Part shown: positions 47,361-56,737 of the stretch, in pieces | How positions within the stretch are numbered: position 1 is the stretch's first letter | Layout: the number at the start of each line of letters is the position of its first letter | Assembly (NCBI GenBank): GCA_964410585.1 | Contig: CAYPFW010000002.1 | Coordinates: 1 to 64,000 of the forward strand | Reading direction: 5' to 3' | DNA: 64,000 bases | Source: an uncultured archaeon | GTDB taxonomy: Archaea > Aenigmatarchaeota > Aenigmatarchaeia > QMZP01 > JACQNV01 | Program-made: the position numbers and the translations under genes | Notes under the pieces: generated by a model | The model's input: only the letters and a program-made list of their open reading frames with translations | What the model was told of the DNA's origin: nothing | Databases searched by the model: none

Positions 47361-48704
47361 ATGCCATTCAAAAGCTTCGACGAAATATCACACGAAGAGT
47401 ATAGGACATTTTTAGCTGCTAGAGCAGAAGGTAGAGGTTTGGACAAAGCAGGTCTTGTTGCAGGCCTAAGCAAACATGCCTCTGAGAGAATAATTTATGG
47501 AGATGTACCAAGAGGCATACCGGCAGGAACGGCTATTGAAATACAAAGACAATATGGGTTCAAGCCAAAAGACAGATCTTCCACAAGTAATCCATTAATA
47601 GAAGAACCTAGGCCATATTTTAGAATTGAGAGTGATGGACTTCTATATTCCAAGGGTGTGAGGGAAGGGAAAATACTGGGAGTATCAGAATCAATGCATG
47701 ATGTATTTGCATCTTTAGAAAAAATATCTAAAACAAGAAATGTTCATGTAGTCATTCTTGGTGAATCTGGTACAGGAAAGGAATTGGTTGCTGAGGGTGT
47801 CCACTATGGCGGTCCCAGAAGAGATAGGCATTATGTAAACAGAAATTGCGCAGCCATAGGAAAAGATGTTGTAGAAAGTGAATTGTTTGGCCATATTAAA
47901 GGTGCATTTACAGGAGCATCTTCTGATAAAACTGGAATTTTTAGATTGGGTCATGAAGGAACAGTGTTTTTAGATGAAATAACAGAACTTCCTTTGAACA
48001 TCCAAGCCAAGCTTTTGAAAGCAGTTGAAAATGGACATATTGTTCCTGTTGGTCACGATGATGCTAATCCAATAGAAGTTGATACGCGGGTTATTGCAGC
48101 AACAAGCAAAGACATAGTTGATCTGGCTAAAAGAGGGGATTTTAGAAGGGATTTGCTCCAAAGGTTGGCTGGATATGTCATAAGGCTCCCATCTTTGAGG
48201 GAGAGGGGAAGAGCAGAAATAGTTTTCTTGGCTGATTCTTTTTTAAAAGAGTATGTAGAAACAGAAGGAAGACCTAAAATTCTTGAGCCTTCATCTTATG
48301 ATGTACTTGCTGAATATTATTGGCCTGGAAATGTCAGACAATTAAAAACAGTTATTACTGGAGCAGCAATTTCAACAGATAAGAGAGAAAAAATAGAAGC
48401 AGATGATATAAGAGATAGACTTAGGGTTTGGGATGGATTGATTGATCAGAGTCAACAGAGAATGGATTTAGATGTTCTAATGGATAAAATTGCCTCAATG
48501 TCTGGAGTAAGTTTGATAACAATTGAAGCGGCTGCCATAGCTGCTTTTGTTAGAAGAGCCGGAGCAAAGGGAAAAGCTGCAGAAAGTCTACAAATAGCAA
48601 GGAGTACAATGGCAAGAAAAGTAAAAGAGTACCAAATAAGTGATGGTCACAGTTACGTTGTTCCTGATGAATCTGGAGATCCAGAGCCTCCGCAGGTTTT
48701 ATAG
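47361..48704 (+). CDS. Sigma-54-dependent enhancer-binding protein (NtrC/Fis-type AAA+)
   Basis: GESGTGKE, NCAA, ESELFGHIKGAFTGA, FLDEI, QAKLL, RVIAAT, FRRDL, WPGNVRQL, C-terminal Fis-like HTH. Confidence 0.93.
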   Translation: MPFKSFDEISHEEYRTFLAARAEGRGLDKAGLVAGLSKHASERIIYGDVPRGIPAGTAIEIQRQYGFKPKDRSSTSNPLIEEPRPYFRIESDGLLYSKGVREGKILGVSESMHDVFASLEKISKTRNVHVVILGESGTGKELVAEGVHYGGPRRDRHYVNRNCAAIGKDVVESELFGHIKGAFTGASSDKTGIFRLGHEGTVFLDEITELPLNIQAKLLKAVENGHIVPVGHDDANPIEVDTRVIAATSKDIVDLAKRGDFRRDLLQRLAGYVIRLPSLRERGRAEIVFLADSFLKEYVETEGRPKILEPSSYDVLAEYYWPGNVRQLKTVITGAAISTDKREKIEADDIRDRLRVWDGLIDQSQQRMDLDVLMDKIASMSGVSLITIEAAAIAAFVRRAGAKGKAAESLQIARSTMARKVKEYQISDGHSYVVPDESGDPEPPQVL

Positions 48705-48858
48705 TCCCGCCCAGATTCGAACTGGGGTCCATAGCTCCAGAGGCTATTATACTGGGCCATTATATTTGGTTCTGTTGAACCAACCGTCTCTGAATACTAG
48801 TTTCTTTCTGGACGGTGCTCTTTCTTTTCTAAAGAAAGAGTAGCTATACGACGGGACT
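48702..48858 (-). tRNA. tRNA-Gln(CTG) with an 84-nt D-loop intron (15/16; 48760..48843)
   Basis: Acceptor AGTCCCG/CGGGACT (archaeal A1-U72), ATAGC-CTCTGGA-GCTAT, CCCAG-TTCGAAT-CTGGG; 73 nt when spliced. Confidence 0.93.
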
Positions 48859-48904
48859 ATATCCACTATTTGTTAACTGATTTAAATAATAGAATTTGAT
48901 TGAC

Positions 48905-49009
48905 TGAATAACCTCGGCATAAATGCCGAGGCGTCTATGCATTGGTAACCAAATAATCATTGCGTAGCGGACTAAAGTCCGGAGCGTGGACTCGCGCCGA
49001 GGTTATTCA
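48905..49009. mobile_element. 105-bp MITE/REP-like element with 14-bp terminal inverted repeats
   Basis: TGAATAACCTCGGC ... GCCGAGGTTATTCA; internal hairpins CCTCGGCAT-AA-ATGCCGAGG and CGGACT-AA-AGTCCG; GC-rich relative to flanks. Confidence 0.65.
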
Positions 49010-50788
49010 CTAAGCTTTTAGAGATTTCACCAACTCATCAACAGTCTTGAAAACCATGCACTTTTGCCCAAAACAGTCTTGGATGTTTTTTGATTTTATC
49101 TGTATACAGTTCAAAGGAAGCTTTTCCCAACTTATTTTTTCGGGTGAATGGATAATATGGAATTTTGATGCAATAAAAACACCAAAATTGTGAAAATCAT
49201 AGCTTAGTGGAGATTTGTATTTTTCATTTTGATATTCTTTATCCAATAAAATTTTTGCCCTAAGTATAGCCATTTCAGCTAAGGATGTGCTCGAAGGTGT
49301 TGGATGATCAAATGTTTGAGCAGGAACTTCGAAAAAATCTTTGTTTGCACTTTCTATCCATTTTTCACTTTTCCTGAATTTTTCTATTTTGCCAAAAAAA
49401 TCTTCCAGAACGTTTTTGTATTCCCCAGTCTCCTCAAAAACAAAAGTTGCAAAAAGCAAAAAGCTTGCATAGTCTTCCAAAAATTCGTTTTTCTGAACAT
49501 CTTTTCCAAGAGAACTATGATATAATTTGCCTTCTATATAGTGCTTTTCCAGAAGCTTTTTGAAAAGACTCAAAGATTTAGTTTTAGAATTTTCTATCCC
49601 ACAATTTCTATAAGAAATGAATAAACTAATTCCAACTAAGCAATTCCAAGAAGTGATAAATTTCTTATCGACAAAGGGTTGCTTTCTTTTTCTCCTTGTT
49701 TCTAAAAGCTTTCTCTCAATTTCAGGAAGAAAAATATTTTCTATTTTGATGAGATGAATCTTTCCCTCAAAATTTTCTTTTATTAGGTATATTTTAGAAA
49801 ATTTTTCAAATTCTTCTTTTGTAAGAGTTTTTTGCAATTCTTCTTTTGTCCACAAATATGTGGCTCCTTCTTCATGATTTGTATCTGCATCATGTCCAGA
49901 GTAAAATAATCCATCTTCAAAGGTTTCTTCTAAACAGGAAATTATTCTCTCAGCAATTGTCCTGTATTCTTTTTTTCCTAAAGCTTTGTAAGCAGTAGAG
50001 TAAACCCACAAGAGCATTGCTTGGTCATAAAGCATTTTTTCAAAGTGTGGTATTGTCCATGATCCATCTACACAATATCTAAAAAATCCACCTTGCAGAT
50101 GATCGTGAAGACCCCTTTTTGAAATTTCATCCAAAGTTTTCTCAAGGACTATTTTTACTTCTGGTTTTTTTGTGTTTTCAAAATAACTCAACAAAAACAA
50201 AAGAGTGTTGTGTGGAGGAAATTTCGGGATTCCAAAACCGCCATTTGCTTTGTCAAAGCCAGAAAGAATAGTTTCAATCAATTTATCCTCTTCTACATTT
50301 TTCGACTGGGTTTCTGGAATAGAATACTTTCCTATTTCTTGGTTTTTGTGGATATTTATAAAATTCAAAACCTGTAAAAACCCTGGAAGATTGTGTTTTG
50401 GCTCAACAGGAACATACGTCAGGGCCAATATAGGTCTCAAATCTGGCGTGAGAAAAGCATTCAAAGGCCAACCGCCTTGTCCCTGTGTTTCGATAAGAAA
50501 TGACATCAGAAACTGATCTATGTCGGGTCTTTGTTCTCTGTCGACTTTTATTGAAATAAAGTTTTGATTCAAAAAATCGGCTATTTCCTTGTTTGAGAAG
50601 GCTTCAGAAGCCATCACATGGCACCAGTGACAGGTCGAATATCCAACTGAAACAAATACAATCTTGTTTTCTTTTTTTGCATATTCCAAAACCTCCTCAG
50701 ACCATTCTTGCCAGTGTATTGGGTTGGCCTTGTGTTGCTGTAAATATGGAGAAGGAGATTTGTCTAAATTGTTTTTATGGAAATCCAT
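49010..50788 (-). CDS. YyaL/DUF255 thioredoxin-domain protein
   Basis: SPYLQQH..NP..W, GYSTCHWCHVM, KVDREQRPD, GGWPL, PHFEKMLYDQ. Confidence 0.95.
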   Translation of the reverse strand: MDFHKNNLDKSPSPYLQQHKANPIHWQEWSEEVLEYAKKENKIVFVSVGYSTCHWCHVMASEAFSNKEIADFLNQNFISIKVDREQRPDIDQFLMSFLIETQGQGGWPLNAFLTPDLRPILALTYVPVEPKHNLPGFLQVLNFINIHKNQEIGKYSIPETQSKNVEEDKLIETILSGFDKANGGFGIPKFPPHNTLLFLLSYFENTKKPEVKIVLEKTLDEISKRGLHDHLQGGFFRYCVDGSWTIPHFEKMLYDQAMLLWVYSTAYKALGKKEYRTIAERIISCLEETFEDGLFYSGHDADTNHEEGATYLWTKEELQKTLTKEEFEKFSKIYLIKENFEGKIHLIKIENIFLPEIERKLLETRRKRKQPFVDKKFITSWNCLVGISLFISYRNCGIENSKTKSLSLFKKLLEKHYIEGKLYHSSLGKDVQKNEFLEDYASFLLFATFVFEETGEYKNVLEDFFGKIEKFRKSEKWIESANKDFFEVPAQTFDHPTPSSTSLAEMAILRAKILLDKEYQNEKYKSPLSYDFHNFGVFIASKFHIIHSPEKISWEKLPLNCIQIKSKNIQDCFGQKCMVFKTVDELVKSLKA

Positions 50789-50850
50789 ACAAAAGATTAG
50801 AATCTGGGTTTAAATCACTAAATAGACCTTGGATAAATGAACAGTGTTAT

Positions 50851-51792
50851 TTACTGCAAAAAATTAGTCAATAGCGCTGTTAGTTGAATTTCAGGCGTCC
50901 CACCTTGGTTCAGCCTGAATTCGTATTCGCCGATTTTTTCAATAAGTTTCAGTTTCTTTTCTTCAGGAATTTGTAGATCAAAAATATTTCTGTGTGTTTC
51001 TTTTATTATGTCCTCAGCAGATATTCCTTGGTTAATCAACATGTCATATAATTTTTTCTTTGCTTCTGGGAAATTACCTGAAACTGCTAGATCCAGCATA
51101 GCCCTTACGTCCTTTGGTTTTGCAGAAGCTGAGACAGAATAAACTATTTCCGGCGTTATTTTCTCATAAACAGAACAGGCTTGTAAAAGGTTTGTTGCCT
51201 TTCTCATATCGCCTTCTGAAACTTCGTATATAGCATCTAAGCCAAGTTGGTCTATCTGAAGCTTTTCGTTTTGGGCAATTTTTTTCATGTAGTTCTCCAC
51301 ATCTATTTTAGTCAAACCCTTGAACCTAAAAACAACGCATCGCGATTGAATAGGATCAATTAAACGACTGGAATAGTTACAGGATAGTATAAATCTACAT
51401 GCACCAGAATATTTTTCCATTGTTCTTCTCAAAGCCTGTTGTGCTTCTGAAGTCAGGGCATCTGCTTCGTCCAAGAAAATAATTTTAAAATCATGTCCTA
51501 TTGGTTTTATCCTTGCAAATTCTTTTATCTTTCCTCTGACAACATCAATGCCACGCTCATCGCTTGCATTAGTCTCCAAAAAATTTTCATTCCACTTATC
51601 GCCAAAAAGTTCCCGAGCCAAAGCTAAAGCAGTTGTTGTTTTTCCAACTCCAGCAGATCCGGCAAACAAAAGGTTTGGAATTGATTTTTCTTTTACCCAA
51701 GCTTTGAGTCTTTCAACTACATGCTGCTGTGCAACAACTTCATCCAATTTTTTTGGCCTGTATTTTTCTGTCCAAATAGATAGTTCTGACAT
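50851..51792 (-). CDS. rfcS: Replication factor C small subunit
   Basis: WTEKYRP, G.AGVGKT, NASDERG, DEAD, SRC. Confidence 0.97.
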   Translation of the reverse strand: MSELSIWTEKYRPKKLDEVVAQQHVVERLKAWVKEKSIPNLLFAGSAGVGKTTTALALARELFGDKWNENFLETNASDERGIDVVRGKIKEFARIKPIGHDFKIIFLDEADALTSEAQQALRRTMEKYSGACRFILSCNYSSRLIDPIQSRCVVFRFKGLTKIDVENYMKKIAQNEKLQIDQLGLDAIYEVSEGDMRKATNLLQACSVYEKITPEIVYSVSASAKPKDVRAMLDLAVSGNFPEAKKKLYDMLINQGISAEDIIKETHRNIFDLQIPEEKKLKLIEKIGEYEFRLNQGGTPEIQLTALLTNFLQ

Positions 51793-51822
51793 AACAAGAA
51801 ATAGAAAATAAGACTTTAAATC

Positions 51823-53196
51823 TTATGCAGCTGACTGAAGCAATTCTACAGGGCCCACTTTTTCAATGTACCTTCTAACCTCTCTAGCCTTTTCTTCTGT
51901 TGTAATAAACTCAAACGAAAATTGCTGTCTGAGTTTCCTATCTAATCTTGCCTTTAGTTCAGGGCTTACATCAGCATCAAAAACACCCTTGAATTCTGGT
52001 TCTCCTCCATTTGCTATTACTATTTGTGGATTTTGTAAAACTAGTCTATCTGTTTGTGGAGACGAAGTAATTACCAGTTCTTCAGGAGCCAAATCAAGTT
52101 CTGAACATAATCTTTTTTCAAGTGCTATTAATTTTTTCAGAGTTATTACCTTGTTTAATTCTGATATTTGTTCATCTGTTGCTTCAACAACAATAACATC
52201 TTTATGATCTGCCCTAACAAGCCACCCACAGTCTTTGTACCGAATAGATGCTGCAGAGAGTAGTTGACTTCTTTTTTCTCTGCTGTGAACGCTGTCCAAA
52301 AATCTACTTGCGACCTTATGATCTGATAGTGCTCTATCTAATTGACTGTCTACAAATCTATACCCTTCTCTAGGATCAAAACCATTCTTGCCAGAAGGAT
52401 CAAAACCATTGTCAATTGCATATGATATAGCCCTTATTAATTGGCCCTCAACAGCTTCAACATCTTTCCTCAAATAGATTCCTACATTATTGTTAGCCAA
52501 AGCTCCAAGGAAAGTTTCAAGAGCTTGTCTTCCAGGATGTTTTATAGCACTTCTTTTTCCATCAGAAAATAGATTAACTATAAGTTTTTCTAGATCTCCT
52601 TTTTCACCGTCTCCACAATAATATGCATCTCTCAGTGTGTAATCCCATTTGTCGAGTCTGTCTTTGTCTGTTATAAGTCTAGACAATGGAGATCTTGTTT
52701 CCATTGCTTCTGCCAAGTCATGAGCAGCGTGTCTTGATACAGTCTCACCAAAATATGTTGCAGCAGCTGCAGTGATAGCATCGCGCATTTCATTTCTTAT
52801 AACATCAATTCCGACTTGTTTGTGATTTGGCAATCCATATGCGTCTGCCACAATTTCGTATATGTGTGAATATGGTCCATGGCCTATGTCATGTAGAAGA
52901 GCTATTCCCAAAAGAAGGAATTTATCATAGTCATCAAGCTTCAAATCAGATCTTTGTATAACCTGCTGTGCTAAATCAAAAACCCCTAGGCAATGTTCGG
53001 ATCGTTTATGTGGAGCTGTTCCTGCAACTAGAGGTATTGGAGACAGTTGTCCTATTCCGTCTAATCTGTTGTATCTGGGGTGGTTTATTATGGGAGAAAA
53101 ATCAACATTCCTGCCTGTACCCAAATCTACGCTAAATGGAACATGCACAGATCCCCTATATGTGTATATACGCTCAGAGCCATTATGTGAAACCAT
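51823..53196 (-). CDS. HD-domain phosphohydrolase (SAMHD1/dNTPase-like)
   Basis: RL..IGQL, H.R.EH.LG, LLHDIGHGPYSH, DKWDY..RD. Confidence 0.88.
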   Translation of the reverse strand: MVSHNGSERIYTYRGSVHVPFSVDLGTGRNVDFSPIINHPRYNRLDGIGQLSPIPLVAGTAPHKRSEHCLGVFDLAQQVIQRSDLKLDDYDKFLLLGIALLHDIGHGPYSHIYEIVADAYGLPNHKQVGIDVIRNEMRDAITAAAATYFGETVSRHAAHDLAEAMETRSPLSRLITDKDRLDKWDYTLRDAYYCGDGEKGDLEKLIVNLFSDGKRSAIKHPGRQALETFLGALANNNVGIYLRKDVEAVEGQLIRAISYAIDNGFDPSGKNGFDPREGYRFVDSQLDRALSDHKVASRFLDSVHSREKRSQLLSAASIRYKDCGWLVRADHKDVIVVEATDEQISELNKVITLKKLIALEKRLCSELDLAPEELVITSSPQTDRLVLQNPQIVIANGGEPEFKGVFDADVSPELKARLDRKLRQQFSFEFITTEEKAREVRRYIEKVGPVELLQSAA

Positions 53197-53278
53197 CTCT
53201 AAATTAGAAAGCAAAGTTTTTTATTCTCATCGAAGCTGGACAAAATCTTTAAAAATGGATTAGTTAATTAAAGGGAAT

Positions 53279-53989
53279 ATGGGCAAAATAATCAAGGAAA
53301 AAATTCCAATAAAATTGGTGAGGAATGATACTGAAGATACAAAAACTTTTAGGTTTGCTGTTCCAGCTGATTTTGATTTTGTGCCTGGCCAATTTGTCAT
53401 ACTTTCGCTTTGGCACAAAAAAGATGGAGTTGAAAAAGAAATAAAAAGATCATATTCAATTGCATCCTCCCCAACTGAAAAAGGTCACATTGACTTGACA
53501 ATAAAACTCTATCCAAACGGTGAGTTTTCCCCAAAAATATTTTCACTGAAAGAAGGCGACAGCTGTGGTGTACACGGTCCATTTGGTAAATTTATTTTAG
53601 ATGATTCAAGAACAAAAATGGCTTTTATAACAGCTGGTTCTGGAGTCACACCTTTCAGATCAATGATAAAATATTGCTTGGATAAAAGACTATCTGTTGA
53701 AATGGTGATGTTGTATTCTTCCAAAACACCAAAAGATATTATATACAAAGAAGAGTTTGATAGCTGGAAGAATCCAAACCTGAAAATTATTCACACAATC
53801 ACAAGGCCGGATGGAACAGGATGGAGTGGACAGACAGGAAGAATAAGCCCGGAATTGATTAGAAAATACATAGATGTTGAAAACTCTGATTTCTACCTTT
53901 GTGGGCCCGAAGAATTTTTGAATTCAATGATTGATATTTTGAAAACTCTTGGCGTGGAAAAGGAGAGGATAAAGAAGGAGCAATGGTGA
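53279..53989 (+). CDS. FNR-family FAD/NAD(P)-binding oxidoreductase
   Basis: PGQF, RSYSIAS, G.FS, GPFG, AGSGVTP, YLCGP. Confidence 0.93.
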   Translation: MGKIIKEKIPIKLVRNDTEDTKTFRFAVPADFDFVPGQFVILSLWHKKDGVEKEIKRSYSIASSPTEKGHIDLTIKLYPNGEFSPKIFSLKEGDSCGVHGPFGKFILDDSRTKMAFITAGSGVTPFRSMIKYCLDKRLSVEMVMLYSSKTPKDIIYKEEFDSWKNPNLKIIHTITRPDGTGWSGQTGRISPELIRKYIDVENSDFYLCGPEEFLNSMIDILKTLGVEKERIKKEQW

Positions 53990-54105
53990 GCCCCTTTTTC
54001 TTTCAAAAAGAAAAAGGCCCTCGGGTTCAAAAAAAAACGATATACAAATCCAAAAACGTAGGCTAAAATTTTCTTCGCCTCGGCTCGAAAATTTTTACGC
54101 CTTTC
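53990..54105. repeat. Palindromic modules C (about 53992) and A (54058, minus)
   Basis: CCTTTTTCTTTCAAAAAGAAAAAGG; GTAGGCTAAAATTTTC...GAAAATTTTTACGCCTTTC. Confidence 0.78.
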
Positions 54106-54179
54106 AAAACACCAAATACAAAGCACTAATAAACCTTTTTATACCCAGTTTCTCCATATTTCTGATAGAGTTGGTTAAT

Positions 54180-54356
54180 ATGCCAAAGCAAATGTTTCCA
54201 GAAGTTGCAGCAAGGATGTTCCACAGAGTTTTTATTTGTAGAAAATGTGGTGGAAAAATCAGGGCTGATCTTCTAAAAGTAAAGGCTGGAAAAATCAAGT
54301 GTAGGACTTGCAAGAGCAAAAAATTAAGACAAAAACACAAAGACTTGAAAGCCTAA
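54180..54356 (+). CDS. rpl40e: 50S ribosomal protein L40e
   Basis: FPE...R.F....ICRKC...KCRTC.SK.LR.K. Confidence 0.85.
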   Translation: MPKQMFPEVAARMFHRVFICRKCGGKIRADLLKVKAGKIKCRTCKSKKLRQKHKDLKA

Positions 54357-54421
54357 TTGAATTTTTTTAAATTATTTCTAAAAATCTAAATCTTTATAAA
54401 CTAAGAAATCTTCTAAATAAT

Positions 54422-54724
54422 ATGGTTGAAAGACAATACCAATATGTTTCTAATCGTTCAATGAAGAACCAAAAAGGAGAAGAAACAGGACGACTTCAGG
54501 TTCTTGTGAAAGTTAATTCTACAGTAGCTGATGTAAAATACAAATGTCCTGAGTGTGTGCACGAAGAGCAAATGCAGCAAGAGTGGAAAAAACCCTTTAA
54601 TGTTAAATGTTCAAAATGCGGCAACCTTATGCGGTTGGCAAAACTTTTAGCTCAATTTAAAAAAGAGAAAAAAGCTGAAAAGGAAAAGCTTAGGGGAGCT
54701 GTTCCAGAAAAAGGAGACGACTAA
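54422..54724 (+). CDS. Zinc-ribbon protein
   Basis: YKCPEC...CSKCG. Confidence 0.75.
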   Translation: MVERQYQYVSNRSMKNQKGEETGRLQVLVKVNSTVADVKYKCPECVHEEQMQQEWKKPFNVKCSKCGNLMRLAKLLAQFKKEKKAEKEKLRGAVPEKGDD

Positions 54725-55482
54725 TGAAGCTTGCTATAATTGGTTCTAATGGTTTGGATGAGGTTGCAAATGAGAACTCTCTTCCAATTAAATTAAAAGC
54801 TAAATATAAATCAAAAGGCTCTAAAGTGGAAAAAACATTCACTGCATATGATGTTAACTTAAGCAACGGTCACATTTTATACATAAACAGAGATGTAGTA
54901 GGCATGTATGAGGGCAAGTCCTACTTCTATCCAAGTGAAATAGACTACAAAACAATTTTTGTTGCACTAAAGCAGGCAGGAATAAAAAATGTTTTGTCTC
55001 TATCGCCAGCAGGTAGTTTAGAAGAATCTTGGAAACCATCTAGCGCTGTTCTAGTAAGGGATTTTGTAGATTTTGTAAATAGAGATATAACCTTAGATGA
55101 TATTGGTGCTGACTACGTTGACATGTTAGAGCCATTCAACAATGATTTGAGCAACAAAATCCTCGAAGAAGCGAAAAAAATGAGTTTCCAAATTTTTGAT
55201 AAGGGTATATATTTAATGGGGATAAATGGTGTCAGGTTTGAAACAAATTCTGAAATAAATCTTTTCAAAAGAATTTCAAAAGAGAGTACACTGGTTGGAA
55301 TGATAACACCAACAGAGGCTCAGTTGTGCAGGCTATTGGATATAAATTATTCAAATATTTCATTTGTAGTAAACAGCTTTTTCTCCCAGAAAAAAGTCAA
55401 GCAAAAAGATGCAGAGGATTCAATAAAAAAGAATCTTCCTAAAATTTTAAAACTTGCTAATTCCATTCTTCCTTCTTTGTGA
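54724..55482 (+). CDS. MTAP/PNP-family nucleoside phosphorylase-like protein (divergent)
   Basis: LAIIG, AL...G, GSL, DFVD, RFET.SE, VGM...TEA.L.R. Confidence 0.78.
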   Translation: MKLAIIGSNGLDEVANENSLPIKLKAKYKSKGSKVEKTFTAYDVNLSNGHILYINRDVVGMYEGKSYFYPSEIDYKTIFVALKQAGIKNVLSLSPAGSLEESWKPSSAVLVRDFVDFVNRDITLDDIGADYVDMLEPFNNDLSNKILEEAKKMSFQIFDKGIYLMGINGVRFETNSEINLFKRISKESTLVGMITPTEAQLCRLLDINYSNISFVVNSFFSQKKVKQKDAEDSIKKNLPKILKLANSILPSL

Positions 55483-55483
55483 T

Positions 55484-56254
55484 ATGCTGAAAGATAAGAA
55501 TATTGTTATCACCGGAGCTTCTTCTGGAATAGGTAAGGCCATAGCTTATGATTGTGCAAAAAATGGTGCAAATTTAGTTCTGATTTCTAGAAACAGTAAA
55601 AATCTAAATCGTTTGGCTTCACAACTAGAAAAATACAAAATAAAGATATTGAGTATCCCAATTGATGTATCTGATAAAAAACAGGTTGTACTTGCAGCAA
55701 AGAAAATTTTACAAGTTTTCAATCACATTGATGTTTTAGTGAACAACGCTGGTATAGGTGTGTATGGAAAGTTTTCAGAAAAATCTCTAGAAGATATAGA
55801 AAAAGTGATTAAAACAAATCTTTTAGGAACAATTTACATGACAAAAAGCATTCTACCTTCTATGATGAGGCATATGCAAGGTCATATAGTAAACATTGGA
55901 TCTGTTTTGAGCAAAATTGGTTTGAGAGGAATGGCAGATTACTCTGCGAGTAAGTTTGCTGTTGCTGGTTTTTCAGAAAGCCTATATCATGAACTGAAGC
56001 CTTTGGGAATAAGTGTATCTGTTGTCTACCCAGGCTATGTTAAAACCAACTTCCACAAAAACGCCTCTTTCAAAAATGCTAGGACATCTTCGCCTGTCAA
56101 AGGCATAGAGCCAGAAGAAGTTTCTTCAGTTGTTATGAAAGCGCTTAGAGAAAAGAGATTTGAGTATTTTGTCCCTGGGTTTTATGGGCCATTGATGAAA
56201 GCCAAAAGCCTGCTTCCTGGAACATTTAGAAAACTGCAGCAAAGGCGAAAGTAG
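55484..56254 (+). CDS. Short-chain dehydrogenase/reductase
   Basis: TGASSGIG, NNAG, S, YSASK. Confidence 0.94.
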   Translation: MLKDKNIVITGASSGIGKAIAYDCAKNGANLVLISRNSKNLNRLASQLEKYKIKILSIPIDVSDKKQVVLAAKKILQVFNHIDVLVNNAGIGVYGKFSEKSLEDIEKVIKTNLLGTIYMTKSILPSMMRHMQGHIVNIGSVLSKIGLRGMADYSASKFAVAGFSESLYHELKPLGISVSVVYPGYVKTNFHKNASFKNARTSSPVKGIEPEEVSSVVMKALREKRFEYFVPGFYGPLMKAKSLLPGTFRKLQQRRK

Positions 56255-56283
56255 GTTTTTATTCAAGATAGACAATATATTGT

Positions 56284-56578
56284 ATGGAAGCTCTAAGAGC
56301 TTCTTGAGGTTGGTCGTGGAAGGCTTAAGTGGAAGCCGTAATTTTTTGCGAATCGCAATGAAGCAAAAAATAGGCTCCTGTTTTGCTTAAGTCAGCATCT
56401 CACTATGTGATGATGCTGAGATGTCGTGTGCTTGCACATCGTAATTGGAAGCTGGTTTCAGAGACCAGCTTCGGTATCCGCCTGTGAGCACATCTTGAGT
56501 GAGACAAGCTCACTCAATCTCGTGCCCTGTTAACCGCTATATGGTTAATTGGAGACACGACTTTTAGGATAAAAGCTT
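56284..56578 (+). repeat. Long composite array of palindromic modules (A at 56331, B at 56447, further hairpins, terminal TTTTAGGATAAAA)
   Basis: About eight hairpins in 295 bp, several matching modules elsewhere in the window. Confidence 0.8.
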
Positions 56579-56580
56579 AT

Positions 56581-56736
56581 ATGGAAGCACCTGCAGCAAT
56601 GACTTGGATGGTTATAGGATTGATTTTGGCTGTTTTAGTTGTTGTTTTGATTTTCACTGCTGGAGGAGGCTTGACAAAAGATATTCTAGCAGGATCTCAA
56701 AATACAGTTTGTAACTTGCCTTTCTTGAAGTGTTGA
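56581..56736 (+). CDS. Micro pilin-like membrane peptide (51 aa; below the ORF-track cutoff)
   Basis: MEAPAAMTWMVIGLILAVLVVVLIFTAGGGLTKDILAGSQNTVCNLPFLKC. Confidence 0.75.
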   Translation: MEAPAAMTWMVIGLILAVLVVVLIFTAGGGLTKDILAGSQNTVCNLPFLKC

Positions 56737-56737
56737 T

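Noticed and set aside
48640-48843. 67-aa ORF on the plus strand
   Set aside because: Antisense to tRNA-Gln and overlaps the bEBP gene out of frame.
46686-49009. Integrated provirus or island at tRNA-Gln
   Set aside because: No integrase, no duplicated tRNA 3' end and no viral structural genes were seen.
50851-51792. Intein in the RFC small subunit (a common archaeal site)
   Set aside because: The 313-aa protein is contiguous through Walker A and the other motifs.
56284-56578. Possible CRISPR array in the hairpin-rich region
   Set aside because: No identical direct repeats with regular unique spacers and no cas genes in the window.
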